Shown piece after piece: positions 26,887-40,029 of a stretch of DNA of 64,000 nt (positions are counted from its first letter, which is position 1; each line of letters begins with the position of its first letter). Source of the DNA: Mytilus californianus (lineage: Eukaryota); assembly GCF_021869535.1 (NCBI RefSeq), contig NW_026262668.1, positions 123,442,001-123,506,000 on the forward strand, written 5' to 3'. Position numbers and translations under genes: made by a program. The notes under the pieces were generated by a model. The model had not been told where the DNA came from. It saw nothing but the letters and a program-made list of their open reading frames with translations, and ran no database searches.

Positions 26887-28869
26887 CTGAATAATTAATT
26901 CATAAATATTTATATCAAAGTTATCACCTGTAAAATATAGCATTTGATATATATTGTATTTTGATTACATGTTATTCTTTGTTTAATTACAATTTATTGT
27001 GTTATACGGAAATTAAAAAGAAAGAGTGACAAAGACCGAATAATGAGTTATAAAAAACAACTAGTTCTTACTTGAAACAATTTTCGAAACCACAATTCCG
27101 TCCCCCTTTCTTCGATTGTGACTTCACCAAATGAGACTCGTCATCGAATTCGTACTTACCATGAGCAACATGACGGGTGCAACTTGTAAAGCAGGATCTT
27201 CTTATCCCTCCAGGACACCTGAAATCACCTTAGATGTTGGTGTGGTTCGTGTTACAGAGTTTTCTATGTAGTGTTTTGTTTCTCGTTTCGTCGTTTTTCG
27301 TTTTTTGCCAAGACAATGTCTGTTTATCTCAACTTATGATTTTTGACTGCCCCCCTTGGCTTCTTCCTCCTTTTTTTAAGTTGTTAAACTCATGTTTTCT
27401 TGATTGAATATAGATATGAAAACTTTGTAAGGACAAAACCACGATATGAAAAGTCATCTTCGAATTTTACATATGAAAAAGAAGGAAATATTTTTATGTA
27501 ATTGTATACTGTTAAAGGAACGTGTAATTTGATGGGTCGAGGAATGATACTCAGGCCGATATGGAAAAGGACTTGTATCAATCTTTTTATCATATACTAC
27601 CGATGTACGAACGCACCCAAGCTGATAAACCCATATCAACCAGACCACGTGACGTCACATAGGGCTGATATGGGTAATCAGCCTTAGTGTGAATCTATGA
27701 CTATACATAAATAAGAAGATGTGGTAGTACCAATTAGACAACTTTCCATCCAAGTTACAATGTGTAAAAAGTAAACAATTATAGGTTAAAGTGCGGCCTT
27801 CAACACGGAGCCTTAGCTCACACCGAACAACAAGCTATAAAGGGCCCAAAATGACAAGTGTAAAACAATTCAAACAGGAGAAACGAGAAACACTTATGAA
27901 CCCGTTTACTTCCACTCGTTACAAATATGCAAAAACTATCAAAGTAATGCTAGGTATATTATAAAATTGGAACATAAATGGGTGTGTAGGAACAGTGCGT
28001 AATACCATGAAATCATTTCGTATCATACACCAAAACATAGCTGTAGAACTGAAGGAGGCATGACAGTGGGCTACAAAGTTTTTGTGCCTGTTCCTCCTCA
28101 GTGGTTGTGTTTAGATATGTGCGGTTTTTTTTATAAGAGACTGCGGTGTTGATGACAGATCTTTGATATTATCTCTTTAGGTTGTTGACAATGGCCCTAG
28201 ACTCGTGTTGATTGAGAGCTTGATCTTATGTTGAGCTATAATGATGATTTGAGTTTTATGTGACGTCCGTCTGTCTATAAGAGAGACGAAAGGTACCAAA
28301 GGGACACTCATTAGTCGAAAACAAAGAAAATGCCATGAAAAAAAACACTAAAAATGATAAAAAGACAATCAACAGTATACAAAACATAACACATAAAACC
28401 AAAGACTTAGCAACACGAACCCCTCCAAAAACCGGAAGGCACCCGTCGTGTTGCTCATGGAAGTAAAAACCCTGTGATTAGACTAATAAGGTAGGTCACA
28501 TTCGAGGAAAAGAGGACGTGATTGTGGTTACGACAATTGGAACCTATGCGTCGTCATCTGTAAAATTTTCGAAAGGCTGATTTCAACTTCACCACTATGA
28601 TCTGAAATGCAAGCTCTGGAATATAGTATCAACTGGGATATATATACTCATCTTATTGACGAATACCACTCGGTTTTCAATTGAGTGGCACAATAGGTTT
28701 ATACATTTAATAAAGGATTTGCTAGTTAATATCAGAAGGAGAGCGCACAACCCGCCTTTTATATTTTGTTGTTACTTTGTAGGAGTTCCAATATATATGT
28801 ACCATTTTTTTTAATTTTTACTGTTGTACAATTTTGTAGGATTTATCTTCCGTAATTTTGTCCTATATA

Positions 28870-29605
28870 CAGTGGAGGTCACTTCTAACCTCTCATTAGA
28901 ACTGTCAGAATAATCTGTCATAGAACTGTTCTAAACTGTCCTAGAACAGTTCTACCAGAACAGTTCTACCCTAGAACTGTTCTAAGTAGAACTGTCAGAA
29001 TCAGTTCTAGGTAGAACTGACCAAATCAGTTCTATGTAGAACTGTCAGGATCAGTTCTAGGGTAGAACTGTCTAAAACTGTTTTAGGTAGAACTGTCCAA
29101 ATCAGTTCTAGTCGTAGAACTGTCAGCAGAACTGACCAAATCAGTTCTAACCGTAGAACTGTCAACAGAACTGTCTAAAACTGTTCTAGTCGTAGAACTG
29201 ATCAAACCTGTCAGGATTGTAGAACAGTTCTAAATGACGTCACTGCAACTTTTTAATATATATTATATTCTTTTGACTTATTTATATTTAAGACAAAGAG
29301 TTCTTAAAACTGTTCTATGGATAGAACTAACTAAATCAATTCTAGCCGTAGAACTGACCAAATCAGTTCTAATCGTAGAACTGACCAAAGATTTGGTCAG
29401 TTCTTGGTAGAACTGTTTTATTTGTTCTAGGTTGAACTGTCTAAATCAGTTCTAGGTAGAACTGACCAAATCAGTTCTAGGTTAGAACTGTTCTAGCTAG
29501 AACTGTCTAAAAGGTGTCAGGATGACAGTTCTACATACTGTCCTAGAACAGTTCTCCTGACAGATTCTGACAGATTTGATGAGAGGTTAGAAGTGATCTC
29601 CACTG
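28870..29605. mobile_element. Tc1/mariner-type MITE (736 bp)
   Basis: TA|cagtggaggtcacttctaacctctcat ... atgagaggttagaagtgatctccactg|TA. Interior built from AGAACTG/CAGTTCT micro-repeats. Confidence 0.85.
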
Positions 29606-29929
29606 TAAATGTTCATAATGATCAAACTTCTTTTATTGTAGTAAACATTTCGTTTAAATGCTCATTTTAGACTTTATCTATATACTGAAAATATCTATAT
29701 GCTGAAAAGGCTTCAAGTGTTGAAATTCAAAAAGTATAAATTTGTAATATCGATGACGGGAGTGTGTATTCCTTTTCATGAATAGAAATAAGAAGATGTG
29801 GTATGAGTGCCAAAGAGACCTGTATATATTGTTCCTTGAATGAAGATATCCAGTTGGGAACTATAGGGTTCAAAAGTCTTTCAAACATCCTGACCTTTTA
29901 TTACGTTTACTATAGTTATACAACAATAC

Positions 29930-30159
29930 CTTTCTCACAAAGCACGTCGTAGGGTACGGTACATTCTTTTGTTCTGAACTCATATGCTGTATTGATTCTG
30001 ACGCAATTTTCATCTATCTCACACCCGTGTGCCGTCCCTTGTAAACAGTTAGGCTCGCTGGATTCCCAATTAGTCCAATTAAACATAGTATTATCAACCC
30101 AACGATGTACAGAATTAGTAACATCGTAAAATCCACCAATCCACACATCCCCAACAAAA
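29930..30159 (-). CDS. Type I membrane C-type lectin, exon 3 (CTLD C-terminal half)
   Basis: catttaag|...|gtattg, 230 nt, phase 2-1. FVGDVWIGGFYDVTNSVHRWVDNTMFNWTNWESSEPNCLQGTAHGCEIDENCVRINTAYEFRTKECTVPYDVLCEK, with WIG, EPN and ENC motifs. Confidence 0.88.
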
Positions 30160-30599
30160 CTTAAATGTAAGACTAAAAATTAGTACAAAGCATAATAGAC
30201 TAACCAATTGTTAAATAAAGTGTTATAATATCAGAAACATTAGCATGTACATAACAACTAGTGTCGTTTTTTTATTCTCATACTTTTTCCTCCTTTATCC
30301 ACCATAACTAGAAGACCTGCTACAATGCCGTAATTCCATTACATTCCATCAAAATGAAGACACTGGGATACTATTGCCAAACTAAAACACCTTTGAGATT
30401 TTACCCAAAACGTAAATCGGAAATTTTACATCAAGAATACATTTGAAAATCTTAACATGATGGAATAGCTACATTACGAATATAAATGAAAGGAGATATA
30501 GGGTAAACATAAATGAAACAGCAGCCCAAAGACACAACTTCTTTATATTCACTTATTGTTTGAAGTTAAATAAATGATTTTTTTATATACATGTATATA

Positions 30600-32262
30600 T
30601 GTTACAGGTATTTTCTAAATTTAGGCATTTTGTAAAATGACTGAATTTTCAGGCAATTTATAAAATGCCTAACCTTGACAGGCATTATATAAAATGACTA
30701 AAAATACCTAGTCATTATGTAAAATGACTGAAATTTTGAAACAAAATTCAACAAATTGTTTGTTCAATTTCAGGCAATTTGTAGAAAAAGGATATCATTG
30801 AGATGCATATGACAAAAAGTGGACAAAAACACAACATCTTGCAAAGAAAATAATTAATGGTTCGGTAGAATTAATCTATTTTTCAAAAACCAGCTGGGAA
30901 AGTTTGTTCTTTTTAGTGAAACTACGTTAGGTATGTACTCACTCTGTATTTTTAGAAAGTAAATTTATGATTATTTTGTCAAAATATCAGAAGGACAAAT
31001 TGTTCTTTTAATAGAACAAAATTTACAAACGAATTTTTAGAAAATCGAATCAAAACAGTGAGGTGAAACATATGAAGCTGAGAAAAAGTAGTTTGTTTTT
31101 AATTGACTGATTGATTTGCTTGCTTTCAGTAGCAAATATTTCATGCATATTTAAGACGAAAACAATTTGGTTATAATTCATATGAGTTATTTCAGCAGTG
31201 GATTAACTTGGATAAAGGACAGAAATTTCGACTGCCGCTTGAAATGAAGGTATTTTGGATATGGACAGAAAATTCCACCTGCATAACGGCCAAAGAGTTC
31301 TTAACGTGCAGAGAGTGTTGCACTTTACTAACATGTGGCAATATATTTAATGTCCCCATTCAGAAAGAATGAGAACTTATACATCCACATCCAAACAAAT
31401 TCTCCTGTATAGCATGGGTTTCGCCATACAAGGCATTGTTTGGGTGTGATGCAAAGATATGAGTATCTTCATCTTCACCGCCTCAAGGAAATTCATGGGT
31501 CTGTGCCATCTGATGAATTATTGAGACAGTAGTTAAATCTCGAAAATCGACCCAAAAGAGACAAATAACGTTGCATTGACAGGGTAAGCATCTCCTGTTA
31601 TTGCTGCATCACCCGTCATGGGCATATCTGCTTCAGTCCTTTAAAAGCTAAAAGCCAAAAGATACAAGTCAAACTAATCATGATAATGTACTTTGAATCT
31701 TTTGGGAACATGTGAAAAAGAAGATATTCATCCAATGTTGTCGAACGTTAAGTGTTTTATCAGCAAAGGTAACGAAAGAGCTAAATGTGTCATGATCCAA
31801 GTTTCTCCAAATGTGGTCGAAATGCTAAAACCAGATTTTACTCCGAAATGTATTTGCAAAAAAAAAATAGGACAAATTTTGTGTAACAGTTCTGTCATCC
31901 AAACATTTTTAAGAAATAACAAATAATTGTCGAGTTCTGTACTTGTGTGAATTTGGAATAATTCAATAAAACTTTATTTTTGATTATTAAAACTCTTAAA
32001 TTGCAAGCTTTAACATTCAGTAATTATCATAAATAAAACTGCTCTATTGTTCAAAGCTTTCAATTATTTTTTTTAACAATTCATTCCATAAAATAATTTC
32101 AGGCATTTTGTAAAATGCCTTTCAATTTTTCCAGGCATTTTATAAAATGCATAGAAAAAATAGTCATGATGTAAAATGCCTGAATCTTGCAGGCATTTTA
32201 GAAAATGCCTAAAGTTTTAAGGCATTTTACAAAATGCCTAAATTTAGAAAATGCCTGTAACA
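30600..32262. mobile_element. Non-autonomous TIR DNA transposon (~1.66 kb) in lectin intron 2
   Basis: ~40-bp inverted termini tgttacagg(t/c)attttctaaatttaggcattttgtaaaatg, flanked by TA within (TA)n. Subterminal aggcattt...aaaatg motifs at both ends. Confidence 0.8.
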
Positions 32263-32402
32263 TATATAAGTCATGACATACACACAGAATCAAGCTTGTA
32301 CAGGTCAAGTACATATAAAAGAAGAATATGTTTGACTGACAAGAATGGATACTAAAATTCATGTACTTATCACGACATAAGAATTGACTTTTCTATAAAT
32401 AC

Positions 32403-32553
32403 CCTCCATTTGCAGTAATACAGTTTTGTACTCTTATGAGTTCGGCGGAGGATTCAATTATCACCATGTCCATCGCATTGCTCTGACAAAATAACCGTGC
32501 GTCTGTCCAGTTTTTAGTGTTATTTCTAAAAAATTGCAAAGTTCCACACTGAC
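32403..32553 (-). CDS. Type I membrane C-type lectin, exon 2 (CTLD N-terminal half)
   Basis: gtttcag|...|gtattt, 151 nt, phase 1-2. GQCGTLQFFRNNTKNWTDARLFCQSNAMDMVIIESSAELIRVQNCITANG, with the WxxAxxxC motif. Confidence 0.88.
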
Positions 32554-32850
32554 CTGAAACAAAAATTGAATTTGTTCGCATTATGTGGACAACTATTCAA
32601 TGTTATAATTCCAGTTTACAACACATTTCCAACAATCAACATTTTATTTTTATTGGGGGAGGGGGGTAGCATTGAATTCATTTGGACTGGCATAAAAAGC
32701 TATTGTATTGAGAAGAAAATGGTTCCTGTATTATTTAAAAAAATATTAAAGTTTGTAAATTCGTAAGAAAACAATTTATGTTGGAAATATATGCCTGCAA
32801 CTTTTAGTAATTATAGTTGGTTTGGTTAACTTACACATTTACACTATCTG

Positions 32851-33590
32851 CCTACAATGATATTCCATGCAAACAATGATATCCCGTGCAGACAATGATA
32901 CCATGTGCAGACAATACTAACAGGTGCAAACAATGATATCCCGTTCAGACAATGATACCACGTACATACAATGATATCTCGTGCAGACAATGATATCCTG
33001 TGTAGCCAATGATACCACGTGCAGACAATGATATCCCATGCAGACAATGATAACAGGTGCAGAAAATGATATCCCGTGCAGACAATGATATCCCGTATAG
33101 ACAATGATATCCCATGCAGACAATGATATCCCGTGCAGACAATGCTATCCAGTGCAGACAATGATATCCCGTGCAGACAATGGTATCCCATGCAGACAAT
33201 GATATCCCGTACAGACAATGGTATCCCATGCAGACAATGATATCCCGTGCAGACAATGGTATCCCATGCAGACAATGATATCCCGTGCAGACAATGATGC
33301 CACGTGCAGACAATGATATCCCGTACAGACAATGGTATCCCATGCAGACAATGATATCCCGTGCAGACAATGGTATCCCATGCAGACAATGGTATCCCAT
33401 GCAGACAATGATATCCCGTGCAGACAATGATACCACGTGCAGACAATAATATCTCGTGCAGACAATGATACCATGTGCAGACAATGATACCACGTGCAGA
33501 CAATGATACCACGTGCCGTATTGATATTCTGAGAAAACAGTGATATACCGTGCAGACAATGATATCCTGAGAAGACAATGATATACCGTG
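32851..33590. repeat. Minisatellite, 19-bp unit (gcagacaatgatatcccgt), ~38 copies
   Basis: Period of 19 visible at 33121/33140. Explains the repetitive - strand ORFs in the track. Confidence 0.95.
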
Positions 33591-33704
33591 CCCGTGCCAC
33601 TAGGCGTAAATAAATTGTTTATGGTTGGTTGAAGTTGTATCCACAATGCAGTGTTAATTGTTATGATGTGTTATATACTTATTTTGTGTGCATCGTGTCA
33701 ATGT

Positions 33705-34330
33705 TGAGAGTCAGGTTATTTCCAACTGACTTTTACAGTTTGTTCTTGTGTTGAACTAGAGCGACACTGTCCCAGGTGGAGGAGGATCGAGCGCTCATGG
33801 ACATATTTGACTCTGCAACATTCTGTTTGCCTTCCCGTGACAGGATCCTGAATTGTGTGCTTCGTGCCAATCTTGAGTTGAGAATCAGGTCATTTGCAAC
33901 TTACTTTTACAGTTTGTTCTCGTATTGTACTGGAGCGACACTGTCCAAGGTTGGGAAGGGTCGAGGGCTCATGGACATGTTTGGCTCCGCCACATTCAGT
34001 TTGCGTTTCCGAGTCAGGATCCTGTTTTGTGTGCTTCGTGCCAATCTTGAGAGTCAGGTCATTTCCAACTGACTTTTCAAGTTTGTTCTTGTGTTGAACT
34101 AGAGCGACACTGTCCCAGGTGGGGGAGGGTCGAGGGCTCATGGACATATTTGACTCTGCAACATTCTGTTTGCCTTCCCGAGTCAGGATCCTGAATTGTG
34201 TGCTTCGTGCCAATCTTGAGAGTCAGGTCATTTGCAACTTATTTTTACAGCTTGTTCTCGTATTGTACTGGAGCGACACTGTCCCAGGTTGGGGAGGGTT
34301 GAGAGCTCATGGACATGTCTGGCTCCGCCA
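33705..34330. repeat. Tandem repeat, ~170-bp unit x3.7, alternating A/B variants
   Basis: Units begin ga(g/a)tcaggt at about 33709, 33884, 34051 and 34220. Immediately followed by a family B tail. Confidence 0.85.
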
Positions 34331-34837
34331 CATCCTGTTTATCTGACCCTAAAATGCAGTGGTCGTCGTAAGTTGCTGGCTGTTATATTTGTTTTTCGTT
34401 TATTGTTTTGTCATGTATCAGGCCGTTTGTGTCTTTGTTCGAGTTGTTTCATATTTTGCCATATCGGGGACTTTTAAGGCTGACTTTGTAGTATGATTTT
34501 TGGTCATTGTTGAAGGTCGAACGGTGACTTATAGTTGCTTTGATACAAGTCATTTGCACTTTAGTGGATAGTTGTCTAAATGCCAATCATACCACATTTC
34601 CTTCTTTTATAACAATTTCATATGAATATGAACACTGCTTTGTACTAGACCGACAAACTGAGCAGGATTTTGAACGTGCTAGTTCACAAGAACATTATTC
34701 TGACCCCTGGCCGTATGATGAACATAAGTGGTCTATATTTTGAAAATTTCTGTTGATGTTTTTTTATTTCTCTCATTGCTTTTTCTTCAAAACAATTCTC
34801 TTCGATTTTAACTACAATTTTTAATTAAATCACTTAC

Positions 34838-34898
34838 CATATTCTACAAAATTGTATAACAAATATGAAATAAGTAGTAAATTCCATTTGTCCAACAT
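34838..34898 (-). CDS. Type I membrane C-type lectin, exon 1 (signal peptide)
   Basis: ATG at 34898. MLDKWNLLLISYLLYNFVEY then G|gtaagt (phase 1), matching exon 2. Full CDS 816 nt = 271 aa. Confidence 0.7.
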
Positions 34899-36502
34899 TT
34901 TGACAAAGCAGTAAAACAGTTTTTATATGAAGTATTTAATGAACTAGTCCACTTGGAATATTGTTCAGAGAATATATTTGTATATTTGGGCCTTCAAATT
35001 CAAATACAGTTGTTGCAAAATGTGAAAAAAATCTATCAATAATGGAAATTATTTACAGAGAATTGGGAATTGGTTCCTTCTGAATAGAAAATCATTGTAT
35101 TGATTTGTTTCGTTTACTTACAAAGCTATAATTAGATAATGCCAATCAATAAATGAACTTTTTGACAGACAAGAGTGTCTTTGGGAAATATCTGTATCGA
35201 TTTGTTTACATTGAATCTAAATTTGAGAAGTGGGCATGGCTTATGGCAGTTTCCCAAAATGCTATTTTTACTTAATTTGATGGCAAGTACGATCGTGCCT
35301 TAAAGGATATGAGAACGAATCGTTTTAAAATAAGCGATATTGTTCCTTCGAACAAAAGTAAGAAGTTGCCAAGGAGACACTCAAAACCTGAATCCGGAGA
35401 AAGACTGACAATACTACGACTAAAAGAAAGAAGACGAAAATATACTTGGTCACAAAATATTCGAACTTAAACCGTACCAAAAATAACGGTTTTTGATCAT
35501 TTAAATGATAGTTACCATTGTAATGATTAAACGAATAACAAAGTAAATCAATTATCGTCCATTGAATCAAAATAAGTCCAAATGCATCATTGAGCTAAAC
35601 ATCAATTTTCACTTAACTAATTGATATAATTTAAAACATTTATTTACCTTTTCAATTATAAGAAGCCAGAATATTGATTAAACCGTATAAAGCAATATTA
35701 AACATTTTAATTTTTGGAGACAAACATGGAGTTTTATCTTGCTCTATCTGTACTTTCGCTAGGAAATAGTTTACACGCAAGTCGTTTGGTAAGTCACAAA
35801 TTGTACTAAGTTTTGCAATTATTTTAATTTGTTCATTTTTATTAGCATAAGAAACCTTAACATTATTCAAATCTCTAGATGTATATATAGTTAGATTGAT
35901 TGATTGTCATTTGCTTAACGTACAGTGGTAAATATTTCATGCATGTTCAGGACGAGAACAAATTAACAATAAACACAAAAAAGATTAGCACCTGTAATAG
36001 AGGCCGTCCGGGCCGATTTTTTTTTTTTTTTTTTTGAGGGGGGGGGGTTGGACTGCCACTGAAAAACAAGGATATATTGGATATGGTCAGAAATGTAGCC
36101 TTGGAACAGGCCACCTACGGACCCCTCAAAGAATTGTTGCAAGTTCTTGACGTGCAGAGAGCGTGTCACTCTCTGTACACGGGGCATCGGATTTAATGCC
36201 CCATTCTGTCTGGACATGGCTGCGTACTTGTACATCCCGCAAATACCAAAAGGACGCTCCGATTAGGCAAGGGTTATGCTGCCGATCAGAAGAACCAAGA
36301 TTGACCATATTTTTATTCCCCAGTCACCCTTTTTGTTTATATAGTTAGACCACAAATGTAAAATGAAATGAAAGTAAAAAGTTATTTCTTTGTATCACGT
36401 TTTTTGCTTCAAAGGTATACAAAAATGGAAGTAGCTTTGTTGAGATTAACGCCGCCACATCTTCGTCTATCAACATTGAAAACTATATCATTGGCTCATT
36501 TA

Positions 36503-37718
36503 AAATATGGCACGTGGGTGGAATGGTCATCTGTTTCATAATGACAATAGGTAAGTACTGAAAATGTGGCACGTGGGTGGAATGGTCATCTGTTTCATAA
36601 TGACAATAGGTAAGTACTGAAAATGTGGCTCGTGGGCGGAATGGTCATCTGTTTTATAGTGACAATAGGTATGTACTGAAAATGTGGCACATAGGTGGAA
36701 TGGTCATCTGTTTCGTAATGACAATAGGTAAGTACTGGAAATGGGGCACATGGCTGGAATGGTCATCTGTGTCATAGTGACAATATATAAGTTCTGTGGC
36801 ACATGGGCGGATTTGTCATCTGTTTCGTAATGACAATAGGTACATACTGGAAATGTGGCACATGGATGGAATGGTCATCTGTTTCATAGTGACAACAGGT
36901 AAGTATGAAAAATGTGGCACATGGGCGGATTTGTCATCTGTTTCGTTATGACAATAGGTAACTGCTGAAAATGACAAAAGGTAAATACTAAAAATGTGGC
37001 ACATGGTTGGAATGGTCATCTGTCATAATGACAATAGGTAAGTACTGAAAATGTGGCACATGTTTGGAATGGTCATTTGTTTCGTAATGACAATAGGTAA
37101 GTATTGAAAATGTGGCACATGGTTGGAATGGTCGTCTGTTTCCTTATAACAATAGGTAAGTACTGAAAATGTGGCACATAGTTGGAATGGTCATCTGTCA
37201 TAATGACAAACGGTAAGTACTGAAAATGTGTTAATGGTTGGAATGGTCATCTGTCATAATGACAATAGGTAAGTACGGAAAATGTGGCACATGGCTGGAA
37301 TGGTCATCTGTCATGATGACATTAGGTAAGTACTGAAAATGTGGCACATGGTTGGAATGGTCATCTGTCATAATGACAATAGGTAAGTACTGAAAATGTG
37401 GCACATGGCTGGAATGGTCATCTGCCATAATGACAATAGGTAAGTATTGAAAATGTGGCACATGGGTGGAATGGTCATCTGTTTCAGAGTGACAATAGGT
37501 AGTACTGAAAATGCGGCACATGGCTGGAATGGTCATCTGTCATAATGACATTAGGTAAGTACTGAAAATGTGGGACATGGCTGGAATGGTCATCTGTCAT
37601 AATGACAATAGGTAAGTACTGAAAGTGTGGCACATGGTTGGAATGGCCATCTGTCATAATGACAATAGGTAAGTACTGAAAATGTGGCACATGGTTGGAA
37701 TGGTCATCTGTTTCATAA
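36503..37718. repeat. Minisatellite, 57/59-bp unit, ~21 copies
   Basis: aatggtcatctgt(tt)cataatgacaataggtaagtactgaaaatgtggcacatggttgg. Period 57 at 37324/37381. Confidence 0.93.
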
Positions 37719-38304
37719 TTACTACTTAAAAATCCAGAATTACAACTTTTCATTACTCTGTGATGCTTGTGTTCTATTAATATATTGTATTTTATATCAA
37801 ATATGTTCTATGCTTTATAATTAAAACAAAATATGATGAATATTTTTTATTCAAATGTCCGTCTATTTTAATTCCTTATAATTCGAAATATGAATAACGA
37901 ATTGCATGTCTTTTGTTCATACCCAACAAATAAAATATTGAAATAAAACCAATTTATTTTATCAGCGAAATTTTACATTGCATGCCTTTTTTTGCTACCA
38001 TTATACATTTTGAACTTTTTAACTATGAATTTATTGTATTGGTTGAAAAGCTGCACTTTACACAGATGACAACTGACTGTTATTTCTTTGTAATCTGACA
38101 AAAACCAAATGTATTACAGAAAACTGTGATAGACAATGGGGAAGTGGCGTCCAAAAAGGAGTAGACATTATTCGAGGCCTATATTACGTACACTTAAACA
38201 CACATTTCTTGATTATTCATGCTCATTGAAAACTTAAAAGATCAGGCGCCAACAGCCTCATTAACGACAATGATCATTAAAATATATTTGAATGATAAAT
38301 GTCA

Positions 38305-39137
38305 CAAGACAAGACAAGACAAGACAATTTTATTCTTTAAAACCATTGTATACACATTGGTACAAAGAATGAAATAATAATACATAGTATACAAAATAAA
38401 TTGTGCACATGACAAGATATGAATGTTACAATTACTATACAAGATCATTTAGTTATTATAATAGAAAAACAGATAGACAAAGGCTAACCAGGAAGACCTG
38501 CTAATGAATTTATAACCTTTATAAATTTACATATATTTTTTAACTTATTTCTATGTGTTGTTTGTAATAATTTACAAAATTTAATTACATTTACTCTGTT
38601 ACAATAACAATTATCCAAAAACAGTTTTCTTGAGTCGTCTAGGGATCTACAATTCAGAAGAAAGTGAAATTCGTCACCTAATTCTTGACATTGACATAAA
38701 TTACAATATCTCCTTTCTCTATCTAAACCTATCCATCTACCAGTTTCAATTGGTAATCTATGATTACCAGTTCTAAATCTACAAAATATAACCCTATCTC
38801 TATCTGGTAATATATCTAAATATTTTTCGAATTCAAACTTATCCTTATATAATCTGTACGATAAACCTTTTGACGAATTACATATATCTGAACGCCAGTT
38901 TTGTTGAAATTGGTCAAATAACTTCTGTTTTAAACTATTATTTAGCCATTTTGTGTTAAAGCCAGTTTGTGCTAACCAGATATTACTATAGCCACATGTT
39001 TCAAGAATATTTTTTATAAAAATAACCCATTCAGACGTACAATTATTCTGTGAATATTTAAAAAACATAAAGTTATACAAAATGTGTGACAACTTATTTT
39101 CTTTGCCGTGAACAATTCTACACCAATAATTTATCAT
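38305..39137 (-). mobile_element. 5'-truncated L2/CR1-like LINE 3' end with (TTGTC)n tail
   Basis: ORF 38484-39137 has FEFEKYL...FCRFRTGNHRLPIETGRW...CNLCQCQELGDEFHFLLNC. The - strand ends aataaaattgtcttgtcttgtcttgtct at ~38305-38335. Confidence 0.85.
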
Positions 39138-39906
39138 ACGTCAGTTTAAATCAAAAAACGAAAATAACACTTTATTAATTTCGTCCAAACCACTTTTCCG
39201 GATTTACCTTCATCAGGAAGCAATAATTTAAATTTGAACTTTAAAAAAGGTCAAACGCTGTACCTTTAACAAAATATAAATACATGAACCTCTGAAACTC
39301 TTTTTTTTCCTTCTTGCTCTTTCTTATAGCTAAAATACAATATATACAAAGCTATGAGGGGGGCTAATCTAAGTTCCCATGCAATGCAATTTAAATTTAG
39401 ATCATGTTTACTTTTTCGTTTGACTATCATCTGAACGGCGACATTGAAAAACGTCATAGACAATCTAAGAAAAAGTAGGCATTTTTCCGAAATACTTCTA
39501 TTTGGAGATTTGGGGATCCAAAACACTTCACTCTGTGATGCTCCAATAACCTTTTGGAAAGATCCTAAATTTCCTGTCTAAGCTATTTCACTTAGTATGT
39601 TGGGTTTTTATTCTATCTTAGTGTTTGCGATTGACTCGGCAGTCTCCTTGTATTGGTACTTACAATTATCTTTTCATTCCGTTTTATTTTCCAGAACATA
39701 GAGATTTTACAGACTTTAGTCTTTTTGATAATGTAATTTTCCCTAGTGTCAAGATCAAGAAAGAGAAGACAAGGTACTTCTTATGTTTTTAAATTTTGGC
39801 ATATACAAGAATTGCCTCATTTTCCCTGCTTTTGCCTTTCGACTTATACTGTTTAATATGATATTGAATTATAAAAGTTAATTGATATATTACTTTGTTT
39901 TTACAG

Positions 39907-40029
39907 TTATTATATTCTGCTGCTGTAAGGACGTGAGGATTCCTCGAACTAGACAAGAAATTGAAGCCAGACATAAACAAAAACGGATGTGCTCTAAACT
40001 TGAAGGACCATTCTTCTCATTTAGTAAAG
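39907..40029 (+). CDS. TMIE-like (transmembrane inner ear family) exon
   Basis: gtttttacag|...|gtatgt, 123 nt, phase 1-1. IIFCCCKDVRIPRTRQEIEARHKQKRMCSK matches the recalled TMIE signature (C-rich...RIPRTxxEIEAR). The upstream TM exon was not identified. Confidence 0.65.

Noticed and set aside
29916-29929. Lectin ending at GIVV* as in the ORF track
   Set aside because: A donor (aaag|gtattg) and two downstream phase-compatible exons give a stalk, TM and tail. The short form is possible only as an intron-retention isoform.
32844-33646. Long Cys/His-rich ORFs (244, 233 and 151 aa)
   Set aside because: They are read-throughs of the 19-bp minisatellite in several frames, inside a lectin intron, with no splice or domain support.
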